From Bdellovibrionales bacterium (GTDB taxonomy: Bacteria; Bdellovibrionota; Bdellovibrionia; Bdellovibrionales; UBA1609), in NCBI GenBank assembly GCA_027317865.1, contig DAHVQG010000009.1, forward strand, positions 64,001 to 128,000: DNA of 64,000 nt. Direction: 5' to 3'. Position numbers and translations under genes: made by a program. Of this stretch, positions 30,641-42,098 are shown piece after piece; the stretch's first letter is position 1, and each line of letters starts with the position of its first letter. The notes beneath the pieces were generated by a model. The model saw nothing but the letters and a program-made list of their open reading frames with translations. It did no database searches and was not told the origin of the DNA.

Positions 30641-32017
30641 CTAGTTTTGCGGTGAATTTGCGCCATCGCTCTGTGTGATTTGATTAATTTGGGGGACATT
30701 TAAAATTTCGGCACACGGCACTGTGGAGGCCCCGCCTTTAGCCGAAAACTTACTCCAAGCTATTCGCAATTGATTCGCTAATCCTTGCGTGGCACGGCCT
30801 AAATGAATCCGGACCGCATTATGCGTTCCAATATAAATCGTCAATCCTGTTAATATCGTTCCTAAAATGAACCGGTTCGACGTCGGGTCATTGTGACCGG
30901 CGATAATGAATGGTCCCAAAATTGACATAAAAAATGATCGAATCCAAGCGAAGCGGAACATAACCTTCACGAGTCTTGGCGGTGGATTTTCAAAACGAAT
31001 CCAGCGATACAGTGCCCGGCTGTAAAAAAACGAAGTGGCAAAACCGGCTACTGCCGTCCAGAAGATTTGCGGTGAAACACCCATTTGCCAATAAAGTGTT
31101 GTTGTCAAAAAACTGTAGCTCAACCAGGTCACGGCGCTCGTGAATTCGTAGTATGAACTCACACTGGCCACGACTTTCTTAAGCCCCAATCTTGCTAAAA
31201 ATTGCTTAAACCAAGTTTGGTTTAACCCCAGGTAACCGGCATCAGACGCGACGTGATAAATATTGGTCGCGTTAAACAAAATGCTCAAAGCGCCGCCGGT
31301 GAGCGCGGCCAACGCCAACGGTTGAAGTGGTACGTCTTTTATAAAGAAATAGACCCCGGCTGAGATTCCGGTTCGAGCAACGGCCCATCCAGCACCTTCG
31401 ATGCGGTCACTACGCGATAGTCCTGGATGTGACGGCAAACCGGCAGCCTTCACTCGAAGTCGCCATTTGTTTGCAATTCGCGCAAATGCACCACGTAGTC
31501 CCGTACCGTAATTCTGGCTTAACTGTTGATTCGACGGCGGATCTTCAACGAGTACGGTCTGAGCGCGATGCTCTTTCAGCGCCTTTGCAAGAGCCGGATG
31601 CTCGCTTATAAATGTGTCAGTTTCAGCTTTAGGTAGGTCTGACTCCACGACCACGGGACCGTCTGTAACCGCAATGTGCGCAGCCGCTTCGCCGACAACG
31701 GCGTCGATTACTTTATTGTTTATTTTGCCGTCTTCTGCCGAAGCGCTACCAGCTTCGGCGGTGATTTCAGCCTTTAGGCCGTCCGGCAAAACAAGATTTT
31801 CGTCGGCGCGTACAAGTTCCTGTAACGCGCCTTCGATAACGGGTAATGGCGGCGGTGAAGAGGTCGAAATATTCGAGTAACTGCCCACAGCTAAAGCGGT
31901 AGGCGTAGGCGACAGTTGAACAATGAAAAAAATCGTCACAATCAGCCATATCCAGCCGTTACGCCGTGATTTGGCATCGTTATGAGAAAGTTTATAGTTA
32001 AAAGTCCGTTCAAACAT
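30641..32017 (-). CDS. Hypothetical multi-pass membrane protein
   Basis: GAGGGA RBS before MFERTF; several TM helices; C-terminal CAEIL motif. Confidence 0.65.
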   Translation of the reverse strand: MFERTFNYKLSHNDAKSRRNGWIWLIVTIFFIVQLSPTPTALAVGSYSNISTSSPPPLPVIEGALQELVRADENLVLPDGLKAEITAEAGSASAEDGKINNKVIDAVVGEAAAHIAVTDGPVVVESDLPKAETDTFISEHPALAKALKEHRAQTVLVEDPPSNQQLSQNYGTGLRGAFARIANKWRLRVKAAGLPSHPGLSRSDRIEGAGWAVARTGISAGVYFFIKDVPLQPLALAALTGGALSILFNATNIYHVASDAGYLGLNQTWFKQFLARLGLKKVVASVSSYYEFTSAVTWLSYSFLTTTLYWQMGVSPQIFWTAVAGFATSFFYSRALYRWIRFENPPPRLVKVMFRFAWIRSFFMSILGPFIIAGHNDPTSNRFILGTILTGLTIYIGTHNAVRIHLGRATQGLANQLRIAWSKFSAKGGASTVPCAEILNVPQINQITQSDGANSPQN

Positions 32018-32201
32018 AAATCCCTCGACTCGCGAGCAATCGGACCCATAGATGTTCAATCTCCGTGCCACTTCACCCACGACGAAAATCGTAAATTATT
32101 TTCTCACTTTGGCTTTGACCCTAAAGCGGATTGATCCATACACTTATGTAGATTAGCGCGTTCAAAATATCAGACTAAATGAACATCAGAGGAGTGCTTC
32201 A

Positions 32202-34133
32202 ATGCGAAAGTTTTGGTTCGGTTTTTTACTGTTAGCGATGTCAACGGCGGGATGTACGAGTGCCGGGTTGTGGCATCACAAAGAAGCAAAAAGCGGATTG
32301 ATTCCGATGCGCGATTTTTTTCGCAATCCCTTGCAGGCAGAATTCGAATTGTCGCCTGACGGTAAACACCTCGCATATTTGGCGCCTTGGAAGAACCGGA
32401 TGAATGTTTTTGTACGGCCAGTTAATGGAGGTACGCCAACACGCCTTACAGACGTTACCGATCGCGACATTAATGACATGTTCTGGAAGGGCAATAAGAC
32501 TATCCTTTACTTACGCGATTTTAACGGCGACGAAAATTATCAACTTTTTTCAGTGAATATTAAAACCCGCAAAGTTTTGGCTTTGACCCCGTTTAAAGGC
32601 GTGCGAACCGAGATTGTTGATACGCTGAACGGCAAAGATCACAATCATGTTTTAGTCGGGCTCAACAAGCTTAACCCGCAAGTTTTCGATGTTTATCGGC
32701 TCAATGTTCACAACGGCCACCTTAAAATGATTGCCAAAAATCCGGGCGACATCGGCGGATGGATGACCGATCACAAAGGGCGACTGCGACTGGCTGTAGA
32801 AACCGACGGCGTCAATAACACTATTCTCGTTCGCAACAACGAGCACGAACCATTTCATAAACTGCTTACGACCAATTTTACCACTCAGGTCGACCCGCTG
32901 TTTTTTACTTTCGACAACAAAAATGTATACGCGCTTTCAAACCGGGGCCGTGATAAACTTGCGTTGGTTATATTGAACCTTAAAACCGGCAAAGAAAAAT
33001 ACATCTACGGCCGTCATGACGTCGACCTCGACAACGTCACGTATTCAAAAAAACGTCACGTTCTTTGGGATGCGCTCTACACCACTTGGAAGATGAAACG
33101 GCACTTCTTTGATCCATGGCTCAAGAAACTATTCGTTCAATTGCGAAAGAAAATTCCGACCGCACAAATCGGCATTTCAAGCGTTGATCGTAACGAAGAC
33201 AAAATTATAGTAAATGCCTGGAGTGACGTGAACCCCGGCGTCGAATATCTCTACGACTTAAAAACAAAAAAACTCACCAAACTTGCCGAAATGGCGCCGT
33301 GGCTCAACCCTAAAGAATTAAGTCCGGTCAAGCCGATTGAATATCGCGCTCGCGACGGCCTGTTGATACACGGCTATTTGACTATTCCGCGCGGATTGAA
33401 ACCCAAAGATTTGCCTGTTGTCGTAAACCCGCACGGCGGGCCATGGGCACGCGATTCGTGGGGTTATAACCCTGAAGTGCAGTTTTTGGCGAGTCGCGGT
33501 TACGCCGTTTTGCAAATGAACTATCGGGGCTCAACTGGGTATGGCCGCCGTTTTTGGGAGGCCTCGTTCAAGCAATGGGGTCGCAAAATGCAAAACGACA
33601 TTACCGACGGAGTTAATTGGCTTATCAAAAGAGGTATTGCCGATCCAAAACGTGTTGCTATCTACGGCGGGTCGTACGGCGGTTACGCGGCCCTTGCCGG
33701 GTTAACGTTCACACCGAAACTCTATGCCTGCGGAGTCGACTATGTCGGAGTTTCTGACCTTCTGAAATTTATGAATACCATCCCGCCGTATTGGAAGCCC
33801 TACTTGCAAGAAATGTACGCCGAAGTGGGCAATCCAAAAACCGACAGAAAATTGCTATGGGAGGAGTCACCAGTTTACCACGTCAACCGCATCATTGCGC
33901 CGCTCTTTGTTGCCGCCGGCGCAAAAGATCCTCGAGTGAATATCCAAGAAAGTAATGAAATGGTTGATGCGCTTAGAAAACGCGGAGTTCACGTCGAGTA
34001 CATGGTGAAACAAAACGAAGGGCACGGCTACATGGATCAAGGTAACCGATTTGATTTTTATCGGGCCATGGAGAAATTTTTAAACAAATGTTTAAAACCG
34101 AAGTTGCCGCCATTTGAGCGCAAAGCAGGTTAA
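32202..34133 (+). CDS. S9 family peptidase (dipeptidyl/acylaminoacyl peptidase), lipoprotein
   Basis: HGGPW, NYRGSTGYG, GGSYGG nucleophile, DPRV, EGHG. Confidence 0.93.
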   Translation: MRKFWFGFLLLAMSTAGCTSAGLWHHKEAKSGLIPMRDFFRNPLQAEFELSPDGKHLAYLAPWKNRMNVFVRPVNGGTPTRLTDVTDRDINDMFWKGNKTILYLRDFNGDENYQLFSVNIKTRKVLALTPFKGVRTEIVDTLNGKDHNHVLVGLNKLNPQVFDVYRLNVHNGHLKMIAKNPGDIGGWMTDHKGRLRLAVETDGVNNTILVRNNEHEPFHKLLTTNFTTQVDPLFFTFDNKNVYALSNRGRDKLALVILNLKTGKEKYIYGRHDVDLDNVTYSKKRHVLWDALYTTWKMKRHFFDPWLKKLFVQLRKKIPTAQIGISSVDRNEDKIIVNAWSDVNPGVEYLYDLKTKKLTKLAEMAPWLNPKELSPVKPIEYRARDGLLIHGYLTIPRGLKPKDLPVVVNPHGGPWARDSWGYNPEVQFLASRGYAVLQMNYRGSTGYGRRFWEASFKQWGRKMQNDITDGVNWLIKRGIADPKRVAIYGGSYGGYAALAGLTFTPKLYACGVDYVGVSDLLKFMNTIPPYWKPYLQEMYAEVGNPKTDRKLLWEESPVYHVNRIIAPLFVAAGAKDPRVNIQESNEMVDALRKRGVHVEYMVKQNEGHGYMDQGNRFDFYRAMEKFLNKCLKPKLPPFERKAG

Positions 34134-34160
34134 CGACCCAATTTTATAAAATACGGCCCA

Positions 34161-34631
34161 CTATAAGTGACGAGCTTCGTGGGCCAATAATTTTTGTTTA
34201 ACAGAAAGACCACCACCGAACCCGGTGAGGTCGCCGTTGGCACCGATCACTCGATGACAGGGGACAATAATCGCAATCGGATTTCGATTGTTGGCTCCAC
34301 CGACAGCACGTGCCGCTTTTGAATTGCCGATCGCACGTGCCACGTCGCCGTAGCTTTTCGTTTCGCCATAAGGTATTCGGCTCAAGGTCGCCCACACCTT
34401 TTTCTGAAATTTTGTACCGTCAGCCGCAAGTGGCAAATCAAATTTCTTTCGCTTGCCGGCAAAATATTCGCATAGCTGTTTTTCGGCTAAATCTAGTACC
34501 GGGTGGCTCTTGGCTCGTGTTGCAGCGTTAATTGAAGGGGATCCGAAATAAAGGTTTACCAGCGCTTTGTCGGTCGCAACAAGGCGAAGGGGGCCAACGG
34601 GTGAAGAAATATCTTTATAAATAAAATTCAT
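34161..34631 (-). CDS. ogt: Methylated-DNA-protein cysteine S-methyltransferase
   Basis: IPYGETKSY, RAVG, PCHRVI active site. Confidence 0.93.
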   Translation of the reverse strand: MNFIYKDISSPVGPLRLVATDKALVNLYFGSPSINAATRAKSHPVLDLAEKQLCEYFAGKRKKFDLPLAADGTKFQKKVWATLSRIPYGETKSYGDVARAIGNSKAARAVGGANNRNPIAIIVPCHRVIGANGDLTGFGGGLSVKQKLLAHEARHL

Positions 34632-34902
34632 TTAAAATCTCCATTATCGTGGCGGTGAAATGATTTTATAATTGCCGCATTTCAAATGTACTTGAAACTT
34701 ATAGCAACCACGCCGCTTTGCAGTCAACGCAGTCGCTCACGTCATTCAGGGGACTTTTTGTCGCATGCCCCCAAATTCAAAACCCTCATTGCTAAAACAA
34801 AAGTCGGGAAACTATTCTAAGGATGTCAACAACCTCGGCTGGTGCTATTCTTTTGAGCGAGTTCTTTGGACGATACTTTTCGCGTAAAACAGAAATGAGG
34901 CG

Positions 34903-36114
34903 ATGATGCAAGACGCTTTGATTTATGATGCGGTTCGAACGGTTCGAGGCAAGGGTAAGTCGACAGGTGCGCTCCATACCGCACGACCGGTTTGGCTCAC
35001 GAAGACAGTTCTTGAAAATATAGCGAAACGCAATCATCTCGACACGGCAAATGTGGACGACGTGATTTTAGGGTGCGTGACTCAGGCATCCGAGCAAGGA
35101 CAAGACATCGCCAAAATTTCAGCACTTTATGCGGGCTATAGCACGAAGGTCAGCGGTGTAACGCTCAATCGATTTTGCGCATCCGGCCTTGAAGCGATTA
35201 ATCAAGGCGCGACCAGCATCATGGGTGACTATTACGACGTTGTCATTGCCGGCGGAGTTGAATCAATGAGTCGGGTTTCAATGATGAGCGACGGCGGCGC
35301 ATGGAGTGTTGACCCGGATGTTGCCAATAAAGCGGCATTCGTGCCGCAAGGGATTTCGGCTGATCTGATTGCGACGCTCAATGGATTTTCTCGACGTGAC
35401 GTCGATTCGTTTGCAGTGGAGTCGCACAAGCGCGCAACTAAGGCATGGGAAGAAAAACGCTTCGGCAAGTCGATATTACCGGTTTACGACATAAACGGTG
35501 GTCTTCTTTGCGATCGTGATGAACTTGTACGCCCGGATACGACACTTGAAGGCTTGTCGCAACTAAAGCCGTCATTTGAAGAGCTAGGGACCAAATTTGG
35601 TTTCGATGGCGTCGCGATTCAGCGCTATCCAACAGTTGAGCGCATCGAGCACGTCCACCACGCGGGTAATTCTTCGGGGATTGTCGACGGTGCAGCGGCT
35701 GTTCTACTGGCAAGTCGAACGGCTGGTGAACGCATGGGGCTAAAACCGCGTGCAAAAATTCGCGCCATGGCGCTGACCTGCGAAGAACCGACAATTATGC
35801 TGACCGGACCTGTCAGCGCAACCCGCAAGGCACTAGCAAAAGCAAAAATGAAAATGTCTGATCTTGATCTTATTGAGATCAATGAGGCCTTCGCGGCAGT
35901 TGTTCTTTATTTTATACAAGAGTGCGGCGCCGATTATTCCAAAATCAATGTTAATGGCGGAGCAATTGCGATGGGCCATCCGCTCGGAGCAACTGGTGCG
36001 ATGCTTTTGGGTACGGCACTTGATGAACTGGAGCGACGAAATTTATCGACGGCTTTGATCACGCTTTGTATCGGCGGTGGCATGGGCATTGCGACCATTA
36101 TTGAGCGCGTTTGA
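34903..36114 (+). CDS. Acetyl-CoA C-acyltransferase (thiolase)
   Basis: [28 protein letters not shown]. Confidence 0.95.
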   Translation: MMQDALIYDAVRTVRGKGKSTGALHTARPVWLTKTVLENIAKRNHLDTANVDDVILGCVTQASEQGQDIAKISALYAGYSTKVSGVTLNRFCASGLEAINQGATSIMGDYYDVVIAGGVESMSRVSMMSDGGAWSVDPDVANKAAFVPQGISADLIATLNGFSRRDVDSFAVESHKRATKAWEEKRFGKSILPVYDINGGLLCDRDELVRPDTTLEGLSQLKPSFEELGTKFGFDGVAIQRYPTVERIEHVHHAGNSSGIVDGAAAVLLASRTAGERMGLKPRAKIRAMALTCEEPTIMLTGPVSATRKALAKAKMKMSDLDLIEINEAFAAVVLYFIQECGADYSKINVNGGAIAMGHPLGATGAMLLGTALDELERRNLSTALITLCIGGGMGIATIIERV

Positions 36115-36139
36115 ACGAAATCATAGAAGGGGCATCGTT

Positions 36140-38209
36140 ATGATTCAGTACGAAAAGTCTTCTGAACAAATCGGCATTTTAACGTTCGATCATCCGAAAT
36201 TGCCGACTAACGTGATCAATGATCAATTTTTGAGCGAACTCGAAGGAGCTCTGAAAAAGGCATGGTCCGATTCTTCTGTTAAAGGTCTAATTCTGCGCTC
36301 AAATAAAAAAGATTTTATGGCGGGCGGCGATTTAGAAGCCATGCTCAAGCTTACGCGTTTGCCCGATGCGCTTGCGATGCTACGAAAACTGCATTCCGCA
36401 TTTTTGTTACTTGAAAGATCGGGCCGCCCTGTGGTTGCGACGATTGCCGGCTCAGCTCTGGGCGGCGGTCTTGAACTTGCACTCGCGTGTCACCGTCGGG
36501 TTTGTTTAAAAAATGAAAAAATTCAAATTGGATTACCCGAAGTCACCTTGGGGCTTTTACCTGGCGGCGGTGGTACGCAACGTCTGCCTCGACTCATTGG
36601 AATTCAACCGGCCGTTGAGATGATGACGACCGGGCAAAAAATTTCTCCTGAAAAAGCATTAAAAATGGGGCTTGTGCACGAACTATTTGACGACATCGAC
36701 GCAATGACGGTCGCGGCAAAAAAATGGATTATTGAAACAAGCGCGACGTGGACAAAAGACGGCGTTAAACAAACACTCGGTGCTACGGCTTACGGGCAAC
36801 CATGGTACGAAAAGAAATTTAAAATTCCGGGCGGGGGAGTGCAGTCGCCGTTTGCTTATCAGGTTTTTGCCGCATCAAACGCTATGGTGGCTGAAAAAAC
36901 GTCGAACCATTATCCTGCTCCAAAAGCGATTTTGAGTTGCGTGTATGAAGGCCTTCAGGTCCCATTCGAATCGGCGCTTCAAATCGAAGCCAACTATTTC
37001 TCCGAACTTGTTGTTCACCCGGTTGCCAAAAACATGATTCGCACGCTGTTTTTTGGCATAAATAGTGCGAATAAACTCGAATCGCGTCCGAAGAACGTTG
37101 CCAAATCGCCCGCTAAAAAAGTGGGGATACTCGGTGCTGGTATGATGGGTTCCGGTATCGCCTACGCTGCGGCTAAAGCCGGAATTCCGGTAATTCTAAA
37201 AGACGTCTCAAACGATGCGGTCGAAAAAGGCAAGAGCTATTCGGCAAAGGTCTGCGATAAGCTGATTGAGAAAAAACGCATGAGTGCTGAACAAAAGGAT
37301 AAACTGCTTGCGTTGATTTCCACCTCAACGGACCCAAAAGCTGTAGCGGGTTGCGATCTGGTTATCGAAACGGTCATTGAAAATCGAAAAATTAAAGCGC
37401 AAGTCACAAAAGAAACCGAATCCGTTTGCGGTGCGGATACAATTGTGGCGTCAAATACTTCAACATTGCCCATCACCGGTCTTGCCGAGGCTTCGGTACG
37501 ACCTGAGAACTTTGTCGGACTTCACTTCTTTTCGCCAGTCGACAAAATGCCCCTAGTTGAAATTATTGTCGGCAAAAGGACAGGTGAAGTTGCCATCGCT
37601 AAAGCGCTCGATTTTGTTCAACAAATTAAAAAGACACCAATTGTGGTAAACGACGGCCGTGGGTTTTATACCTCTCGCGTATTTACGAAATATGTTGAAG
37701 AAGGGATGGCGCTCTTAAAAGAAGGCGTCTCACCGGCTCTCATCGAAAATGCCGGCCGCATGGTGGGAATGCCTGTCGGTCCGCTTGCGGTCGCCGATGA
37801 AGTGAGTTTGGATCTTGTTTATCATATTTTGAAGCAAACTGTTGACGATGTCGGGACTGACGGAGTCGATCAAAACACGATGCAAGTAACGAAACTTTTT
37901 GTCGAAGAGTTGAAGCGACTTGGACGTAAATCAGGCGGTGGTTTTTACGAGTATCCGCCGAACGGTAAGAAGTTTTTATGGCCAAAGCTCAAGGAGTTTT
38001 TCACCTTGTCGAAAGCACAACCGACTGCAGAAGCGGTAGGGCTACGCCTTCTTGCGGTGCAAGCGCGTGAGGCACAACGCTGTCTTGACGAAGGGATATT
38101 GCGTTCGAAAGTTGACGGTGACATCGGTTCGATTTTGGGCTGGGGCTTTCCGGCTTATACGGGTGGCGCGATATCGTATTTCGAGTCACATTTGGGTAAA
38201 AATTCTTAA
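36140..38209 (+). CDS. fadB: Fatty-acid oxidation multifunctional enzyme (enoyl-CoA hydratase / 3-hydroxyacyl-CoA dehydrogenase)
   Basis: LGGGLE, GLPEV.LG..PG.GGTQRLPR, GAGMMG, SNTS, LHFFSP. Confidence 0.9.
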   Translation: MIQYEKSSEQIGILTFDHPKLPTNVINDQFLSELEGALKKAWSDSSVKGLILRSNKKDFMAGGDLEAMLKLTRLPDALAMLRKLHSAFLLLERSGRPVVATIAGSALGGGLELALACHRRVCLKNEKIQIGLPEVTLGLLPGGGGTQRLPRLIGIQPAVEMMTTGQKISPEKALKMGLVHELFDDIDAMTVAAKKWIIETSATWTKDGVKQTLGATAYGQPWYEKKFKIPGGGVQSPFAYQVFAASNAMVAEKTSNHYPAPKAILSCVYEGLQVPFESALQIEANYFSELVVHPVAKNMIRTLFFGINSANKLESRPKNVAKSPAKKVGILGAGMMGSGIAYAAAKAGIPVILKDVSNDAVEKGKSYSAKVCDKLIEKKRMSAEQKDKLLALISTSTDPKAVAGCDLVIETVIENRKIKAQVTKETESVCGADTIVASNTSTLPITGLAEASVRPENFVGLHFFSPVDKMPLVEIIVGKRTGEVAIAKALDFVQQIKKTPIVVNDGRGFYTSRVFTKYVEEGMALLKEGVSPALIENAGRMVGMPVGPLAVADEVSLDLVYHILKQTVDDVGTDGVDQNTMQVTKLFVEELKRLGRKSGGGFYEYPPNGKKFLWPKLKEFFTLSKAQPTAEAVGLRLLAVQAREAQRCLDEGILRSKVDGDIGSILGWGFPAYTGGAISYFESHLGKNS

Positions 38210-38974
38210 GCCACGAGCCCATTTTAAAAGCAATATTAAAGCCACCGTAAAAAGAAGCATGAGTGTGGCAAGCGCCGATAGTTTGGGAGTGAGCCCGGCC
38301 TTCATTGCCGCGTAAAGGCGAATCGGCAGTGTGTCGCTCCCCACGCCGCAAGTAAAAAACGTGATAAGAAAGTCGTCGAACGAAAGCAAAAAGGCGAGCA
38401 AGAAACCGGACAAAAGTGAAGTCAATATCAGCGGCAAAGTGACCTTGGCGAGAATTCTCCATTCGCCGGCACCGAGGTCACGCGCAGCATCCTCGATCGT
38501 CGCATCTAACGCCACCAGACGGCCGTTAACAGTCATAAGTACAAAGCACAGGCAAAACGTGACATGAGCAAGAATCACAGTGAATAGCGAAAGTGTTATG
38601 TGCAAGACGAAAAACCAAGAAAGTAAGGACAACCCGAAAACGAGTTCCGGTACAACAAGAGATAAATACGAAAGGGCATTTACAGTCTGACCAAAACGAA
38701 ATTTCGATTTGATCAGTGCAATCGCCGCAAAACCGCCGATGATCGTTGAAATGGAGCTCGCGGCGAGACCCACCTCAAGACTGCGAAACAGTGCCGCAAT
38801 GAGGCTCTTGTCCCGCCAAACGGCGCGATACCAGGTGAGCGACAACATCCAGTGACCGGTACGCACCAAAAAAGAGCTTACGATCATAACGGCGATGGGT
38901 AGGTAGAGGATGAACAGTACGCCGAATAAAATGCCAAACGCCCATACAGGAGCTTTCGGCCGGCTTGAGTTCAT
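38186..38974 (-). CDS. potC: Spermidine/putrescine ABC permease
   Basis: FILYLPI, EDAARDLGA, SFDDFLITFF, TLPIRLY. Confidence 0.88.
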   Translation of the reverse strand: MNSSRPKAPVWAFGILFGVLFILYLPIAVMIVSSFLVRTGHWMLSLTWYRAVWRDKSLIAALFRSLEVGLAASSISTIIGGFAAIALIKSKFRFGQTVNALSYLSLVVPELVFGLSLLSWFFVLHITLSLFTVILAHVTFCLCFVLMTVNGRLVALDATIEDAARDLGAGEWRILAKVTLPLILTSLLSGFLLAFLLSFDDFLITFFTCGVGSDTLPIRLYAAMKAGLTPKLSALATLMLLFTVALILLLKWARGLRIFTQM

Positions 38975-39837
38975 GCATTCACTCCGCGAAATGAGCCCAG
39001 AAAAATTCGCCGTAAAAGCAGGGGCACACCGAGTAGCATGACAATTAATGCCACCGACAGGGCAGCCCCAAACGGCCAATCTCGAACATTCAAAAATTGT
39101 TCAGTGATTAAATTGCCCGCGAGCATCGACTTCGCGCCACCGAGAAGATCCGGTATTACAAACTCACCGAGGCAGGGGATGAAGACGAGCGTGAAACTAT
39201 TGAGCGCCGCAACCCGCGTATTCGGAATAATTACGCGAAAAAGTATTTTTAAATTAGAAGCTCCTAAATCTTGCGCGGCTTCGACGAGTGCAAAATCAAA
39301 CTTTTCTAACGCCGCATAAAGCGGAAAGACCATAAACGGCAAATAGCTTGTCACCATTCCATAAAAAACGAGCGACGTGTTTTGCGTGAGCGCGTAGGGG
39401 TCGAACGGCACGTGGAGCAAATTTAGAGCCCATTGTAAAGGCCCGTCCATACCAAAAAAAATCTTAATCGCGTACACACGAATGATAAGGTTCGTAATAA
39501 AAGGTACGGCCAGTACCAACATATAAACCGCTCTTGCTTTGGGCGCTGCTGAAGCCATTGCCCAGGCCATTGGGTAGCCGATGAATAGACATAAAACGGC
39601 GGTGATCGTCGATAGTTCAAGGGAACGTAAAAATATGTTGAGATAAATGGGTTGAAACATCCGGCGATAATTTTCGAGTGTAAAACGCCATTCGATACTG
39701 CCGTAATTACCGCGCGACAAAAAACTTAGAATCAGCACGAGCACGAGCGGTGCCGCAACGAAAAAACCGAGCCACATAAACATTGGATAACCTAAAATTG
39801 ACAACTCGGCTTTCGGCTTCAAGTCGGCGGGCCCCAA
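38971..39837 (-). CDS. potB: Spermidine/putrescine ABC permease
   Basis: IGYPMA, PFITNLIIRVYA, YLPFM, EAAQDLGA, RDWPFGAA. Confidence 0.9.
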   Translation of the reverse strand: MGPADLKPKAELSILGYPMFMWLGFFVAAPLVLVLILSFLSRGNYGSIEWRFTLENYRRMFQPIYLNIFLRSLELSTITAVLCLFIGYPMAWAMASAAPKARAVYMLVLAVPFITNLIIRVYAIKIFFGMDGPLQWALNLLHVPFDPYALTQNTSLVFYGMVTSYLPFMVFPLYAALEKFDFALVEAAQDLGASNLKILFRVIIPNTRVAALNSFTLVFIPCLGEFVIPDLLGGAKSMLAGNLITEQFLNVRDWPFGAALSVALIVMLLGVPLLLRRIFLGSFRGVNA

Positions 39838-40958
39838 GCGACCGCTGACCCCATCGAGGGGCAGCTAAAAATAAAAGTGTCGGCGGGCGAAAAGTGGGCT
39901 GTTACCGATGCCCCGACGTGAACTTCAGAATTCATTTTTTCTGGCGGGACAAACGCGCGCAACCGTTGTTCGGGGCCAATACCTAGATGCAACTCATAAT
40001 GCAGTCCTTTAAATGCCATATTTAAAACGGTCGCACGAAGAGCATTGTGTTCCGGAGACGAACCTAACTGCACCTTTTCAGGCCGTACAAAAGCTTCTGC
40101 TTGAACTCCTGGCTGCACAATCCCCATATTTTTTATGTTTCCGCGAATAAGCTGACCATTTGGCATTTGAAGCGAATGCTGGTCGACGGCTGAACCACGA
40201 ATCGAACCCATGCTCCCCACAAACTGGGCTACAAAATGCGTGCTCGGGCGCTCGTACAGTTCTTCAGGAGTCGCAACCTGCTCAAGATTGCCGTTGTTCA
40301 TCACTCCGATGCGATCCGATAAAGCAAACGCTTCTTGCTGATCGTGCGTAACAAAAATGAATGTGATCCCTAGGCGTCGCTGAAGCTCGCGAAGTTCCGT
40401 TTGCATGTATTCGCGCATCTTTTGATCAAGTGCCGAAAGCGGTTCATCGAGCAGTAAAATCTTCGGTTCATTGACGATGGCCCGCGCCACTGCAATCCGC
40501 TGTGCTTGCCCGCCAGAAAGCGTGTCGGGCAGGCGATCACGATAATTCCACAATCCAACAAGGCTTAGAGCATTTTCTACGCGCTTTCGTAATGTGAAAT
40601 CGTCCACATGCTTCACGCGCAGGCCGAACGCCACATTTTCAAAAACCGTCAGGTGCGGAAAAAGCGCGTATCGTTGAAAGACCATATTAAAAGGCCGGTC
40701 TTGCGGCCGTAGATTATCGATTCTGTGTTCGTTCCAAAACAACTCGCCACTTGTGGCGGTTTCAAACCCGGCAATAATTCTGAGGAGTGTTGTTTTACCG
40801 CAACCGCTTGGGCCAAGAAGCGAAAAAAACTCGCCCGTTTTTATTTCGAGTGAAACGCCGTTAAGCGCATTCACGCCACTTTCACGTTGACGGTCTTCTG
40901 GAGTCGCATTTCTCGCTGGACTACCAAAATTTTTGAACATATTGAGAACACGAAGCAC
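39819..40958 (-). CDS. potA: Spermidine/putrescine ABC ATP-binding protein
   Basis: GPSGCGKT, FQRYALFPH, LSGGQ, LLDEPLSALD, C-terminal TOBE. Confidence 0.9.
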   Translation of the reverse strand: MLRVLNMFKNFGSPARNATPEDRQRESGVNALNGVSLEIKTGEFFSLLGPSGCGKTTLLRIIAGFETATSGELFWNEHRIDNLRPQDRPFNMVFQRYALFPHLTVFENVAFGLRVKHVDDFTLRKRVENALSLVGLWNYRDRLPDTLSGGQAQRIAVARAIVNEPKILLLDEPLSALDQKMREYMQTELRELQRRLGITFIFVTHDQQEAFALSDRIGVMNNGNLEQVATPEELYERPSTHFVAQFVGSMGSIRGSAVDQHSLQMPNGQLIRGNIKNMGIVQPGVQAEAFVRPEKVQLGSSPEHNALRATVLNMAFKGLHYELHLGIGPEQRLRAFVPPEKMNSEVHVGASVTAHFSPADTFIFSCPSMGSAVAWGPPT

Positions 40959-41017
40959 TTACACCCACCCGTTTGATGAAGTTATATGGTCGCCTAAAAT
41001 ATGAAAGGTCGGAACGA

Positions 41018-42067
41018 ATGTCGATAAATAATTTTAAAATCTGCACATATGCGATCATTTTTTTGTCGCTGTTAACGGGTTGTACCCACCAGTCGGCCAA
41101 AGCAAAAACTGTCAATCTTGCCATTTGGGGCAATTACTTGGCACCCAATGAGGCCAAAAAATTCGAAAAAGAAACGGGAATACAGCTCAACATTTCAAAT
41201 TACTCCTCAAACGAAGAGCTTTTAGCGAAGGTTCAGGCGGGAGCCGGGGGGATCGACGTTGCTGTTCCATCGGATTACATGGTGGCGATCATGATCAAGC
41301 TTGGGCTTCTTCACAAGATCGGCAAGAAGCTCATTCCCAATTCTAAACACCTTGATCCGGCGGTTTTGCACCAACCCTATGATCCGACAAACGAATATTC
41401 GCTCCCTTACGCCTGGTCGACGGCCGGTATTGCGGTCAATCGCGAATTGTACAAAGGCAAAATCCGGGGTTGGCATGACGTATTCAACAACCCAAAGCTT
41501 GCCGGTAAATTTTCGCTTCTCGATGACGTGCGCGAGGTTATGGCGGTCGCGCTCAAATATAACGGTTACTCCGTGAATTCGACAAATCCAGCACACCTTA
41601 AAAAAGCCGAAGCGACTCTCGAACATATCATGCCGCAGGTGAAGATGTTCCGGTCGGATGCTGTTGACGTCCTTCTCAGCAAAGAAGTGGCGGTGGCTCA
41701 TGCATTCTCAACAGACGCTCTGATTGCGGCGTCTCACAATCCCCATATTCAGTTTATATTGCCATCTGAAGGGGGCACTCAATCTATTGATAATTTGGTG
41801 ATTTTAAAAAATGCGCGACACGTTTGGGCGGCTCGCAAACTCATCAATTTTATGCTTTCAAAATCGGTTAACCTCAGTTTCGTTGAACACGAATGGGGGC
41901 GACCTGTGGTTTTAGGGGTTCGCAAACTTCTGCCAAAAAATATGCAAGACAACCCGGCTTTGTTCCCAAAACCAGCCGCGCTTAAGAAATTTCAGTCCAT
42001 TCGGGATTTAGGGCCCAAAGCAACGCAAATGTACGATGATATCTGGACGCGCATAAAAAGCGACTGA
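41018..42067 (+). CDS. potD: Spermidine/putrescine-binding lipoprotein
   Basis: LTGC lipobox, WGNY, YSSNEE, PSDY, PSEGG..IDN. Confidence 0.9.
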   Translation: MSINNFKICTYAIIFLSLLTGCTHQSAKAKTVNLAIWGNYLAPNEAKKFEKETGIQLNISNYSSNEELLAKVQAGAGGIDVAVPSDYMVAIMIKLGLLHKIGKKLIPNSKHLDPAVLHQPYDPTNEYSLPYAWSTAGIAVNRELYKGKIRGWHDVFNNPKLAGKFSLLDDVREVMAVALKYNGYSVNSTNPAHLKKAEATLEHIMPQVKMFRSDAVDVLLSKEVAVAHAFSTDALIAASHNPHIQFILPSEGGTQSIDNLVILKNARHVWAARKLINFMLSKSVNLSFVEHEWGRPVVLGVRKLLPKNMQDNPALFPKPAALKKFQSIRDLGPKATQMYDDIWTRIKSD

Positions 42068-42098
42068 GCGACTTTTTGTAGGTTAATTTTGCGTCGAA